From: Mytilus californianus
Lineage: Eukaryota
Reading direction: 5' to 3'
Assembly (NCBI RefSeq): GCF_021869535.1
Contig: NW_026262745.1
Coordinates: forward strand, 23,002,001-23,066,000
DNA: 64,000 bases
How positions within the stretch are numbered: the stretch's first letter is position 1; each line of letters begins with the position of its first letter. A program made the position numbers and the translations under genes. Positions 62,701 to 64,000 of the stretch are shown in pieces. The notes beneath the pieces were generated by a model, which ran no database searches, had not been told where the DNA came from, and saw only the letters and a program-made list of their open reading frames with translations.

Positions 62701-64000
62701 ATTCATTGAAGAGATGTCTTTATAACAAGCGATAAGGAATGTTATTTTGCACTCGTTAATATCCGTGTATCTATCATTTTTATAGATCGGTTACAAACCC
62801 AAAACGAAAGTTACGTAATGGAAATCTAGGCGATAGCAATACATCGGAATGCCCTCACGGTCATCGCGATGTAAAAATCAGAATTCTTATTTCTAAGAGT
62901 AGATATTGGAATTCTTTTAATCAGTATAAATCAGAATTCTAATTCTACTAATAGAAATTGGAATTCCAAATTGTACTTGGAGGGTTCTGGATCCTACTGG
63001 ATTCCAATTTGTTCTGTAATATACTTTTATGTGGATAATTCTCAGGACAAACAACAACAACTTTACTCGGTAATTGAGAAAATAAATTTTAAGATAAGAG
63101 TGTTCATACAGTGATATCTTCATTATTTAAACACTCCGACATTCATTTTCCAAAGATGACAACGTAAAACATTCGTATTTGTCTGAGAGATTTTTTAATA
63201 ACTCTGTTTTAGAGATTCTATGAGAAAAAGAAACGACGTTATGTTTAAATTGAAGTCAAGGAACAAACTTGAAGACACAAGGCGACTTTGGACAATGGAT
63301 GGTATCAAAGACTTTCTAAAGAGTACAAATGTTGGTAGTTACTTTTAACATCTATGATGTAGATACGATTTTTATTTTTTTTTCTAATTATTTTCACTGC
63401 TATCAAATTGTTCTGTGTTTATTACGACTAAGAAGGGGCAATAATGTCATTCGGCGGCTTGTAATATTATTAATTTTTATCGTTTTTTTTCAAGTATAAT
63501 ACATGTAATAAATTAGTTTCTGTGATATTGCCCTTAAAAGAGCATCGACAAATCATAAAAATACAAACGAGGAAAATTAAAGGGTGATACGGATTATGCG
63601 TTTACAAGACAGCAACACAACACACAAAAAAAAGCCAAAAGATTATTCCGAGCAGCATACCCGTAAAGCACCGACATAGTCTAATAACTAATACTGATAT
63701 TTGTATATTTCAAATGCATATCTACACATTTATACATTAACAATTTCCTATTTATTGTTACAACTTAATATCATTGCAATTCAGTAATATAAAAAATGAG
63801 TATGTAATCTTTCAAATTGTGTGATATTTTAGCTCAAGCAACACATACTCATCATTGATGCCGAACATTACACAAACTTAGTTATCACCAAAATCTTCAA
63901 GACTCACATCGTAGATGAAATTCAACAAATTTCTGTTCGTCTTACCAATGAAGATTATATAATAGTTGACTATAAGCCGATACTGTGTAAATTAAGAAGG
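56712..64000 (+). CDS. Divergent METTL24 / Methyltransf_22-like type II membrane protein, 3' end outside the window
   Basis: Phase-consistent exons 56712-56846, 58531-58634, 60705-60830, 61694-61768, 63213-63330 and 63833-64000+. Translation: MQHKWRKPVLFGFGVAVVCLMIFLES (basic plus hydrophobic anchor)..ECLFRRYTTTLQTYCAKRSHHGQLEHSWNFCIDGCYKPNSNTKVIAFSIRDDY..STAYRFSPR..WTMDGIKDFL..HILIIDAEH..DEIQQISVRL. This parallels my recollection of the family's RY.T.Q..C, W..C.D, YSFGI, H.FDP, KIDIE and QL..E motifs. The donor after 63330 (gttggt) is weak. Confidence 0.6.
56990..57350 (+). mobile_element. 3' fragment of another RTEX-like LINE (intron 1)
   Basis: Reads NHKLPFEAGRWYNTYKQNRNCTLCSKNEIGDEFHFILECPFF, the same zinc-finger type as ORF2 at 10032. 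Confidence 0.75.
59340..59965 (+). mobile_element. Penelope-like element RT C-terminal fragment plus 3' repeat
   Basis: Reads DFSFLIVNFPFLCSNIPSALAYGVNISQLIRYSRAC..KLLNQ..KLKSSLHKFYGRHHE, which I recognise as a PLE-type RT thumb region. Confidence 0.7.
61035..61205 (-). repeat. Short copy of interspersed repeat family A
   Basis: ttgctcattgttgaagaccgtacg..tctcattgacaatcacaccacatcttctt-like end. Confidence 0.7.

Overview
AT-rich, intron-containing animal genomic DNA. The recurring short interspersed repeats look like those I recall from bivalves such as Mytilus; this is inference and was not searched. Three host genes were assembled by hand with GT-AG, phase-consistent exons. (1) A NAT16/histidine N-acetyltransferase-like GNAT gene (minus strand, 3 coding exons, 315 aa). 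(2) A complete 11-exon carotenoid cleavage oxygenase (RPE65/BCO family, 558 aa, plus strand). It keeps all four iron-binding His but unusually begins with a signal-peptide-like segment, has six N-glycosylation sequons and lacks the canonical PDPC motif. (3) A divergent METTL24/Methyltransf_22-like type II membrane protein gene that runs off the right end. About 37 kb of nested transposons separate genes 1 and 2. These include a full-length two-ORF RTEX-like LINE (ORF1 and ORF2 in frame, separated only by one TAG) inside a Harbinger-like element, an IS3EU-type foldback element holding a TGT..ACA MITE, a decayed Gypsy element with one LTR and a tRNA-Leu PBS, MULE relics, and a CAG-TSD Harbinger carrying a CR1-like LINE that ends about 190 bp upstream of the oxygenase's first coding exon. 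No rRNA, tRNA genes or CRISPR arrays were found. All family assignments come from motifs recognised by eye; no database search was run.
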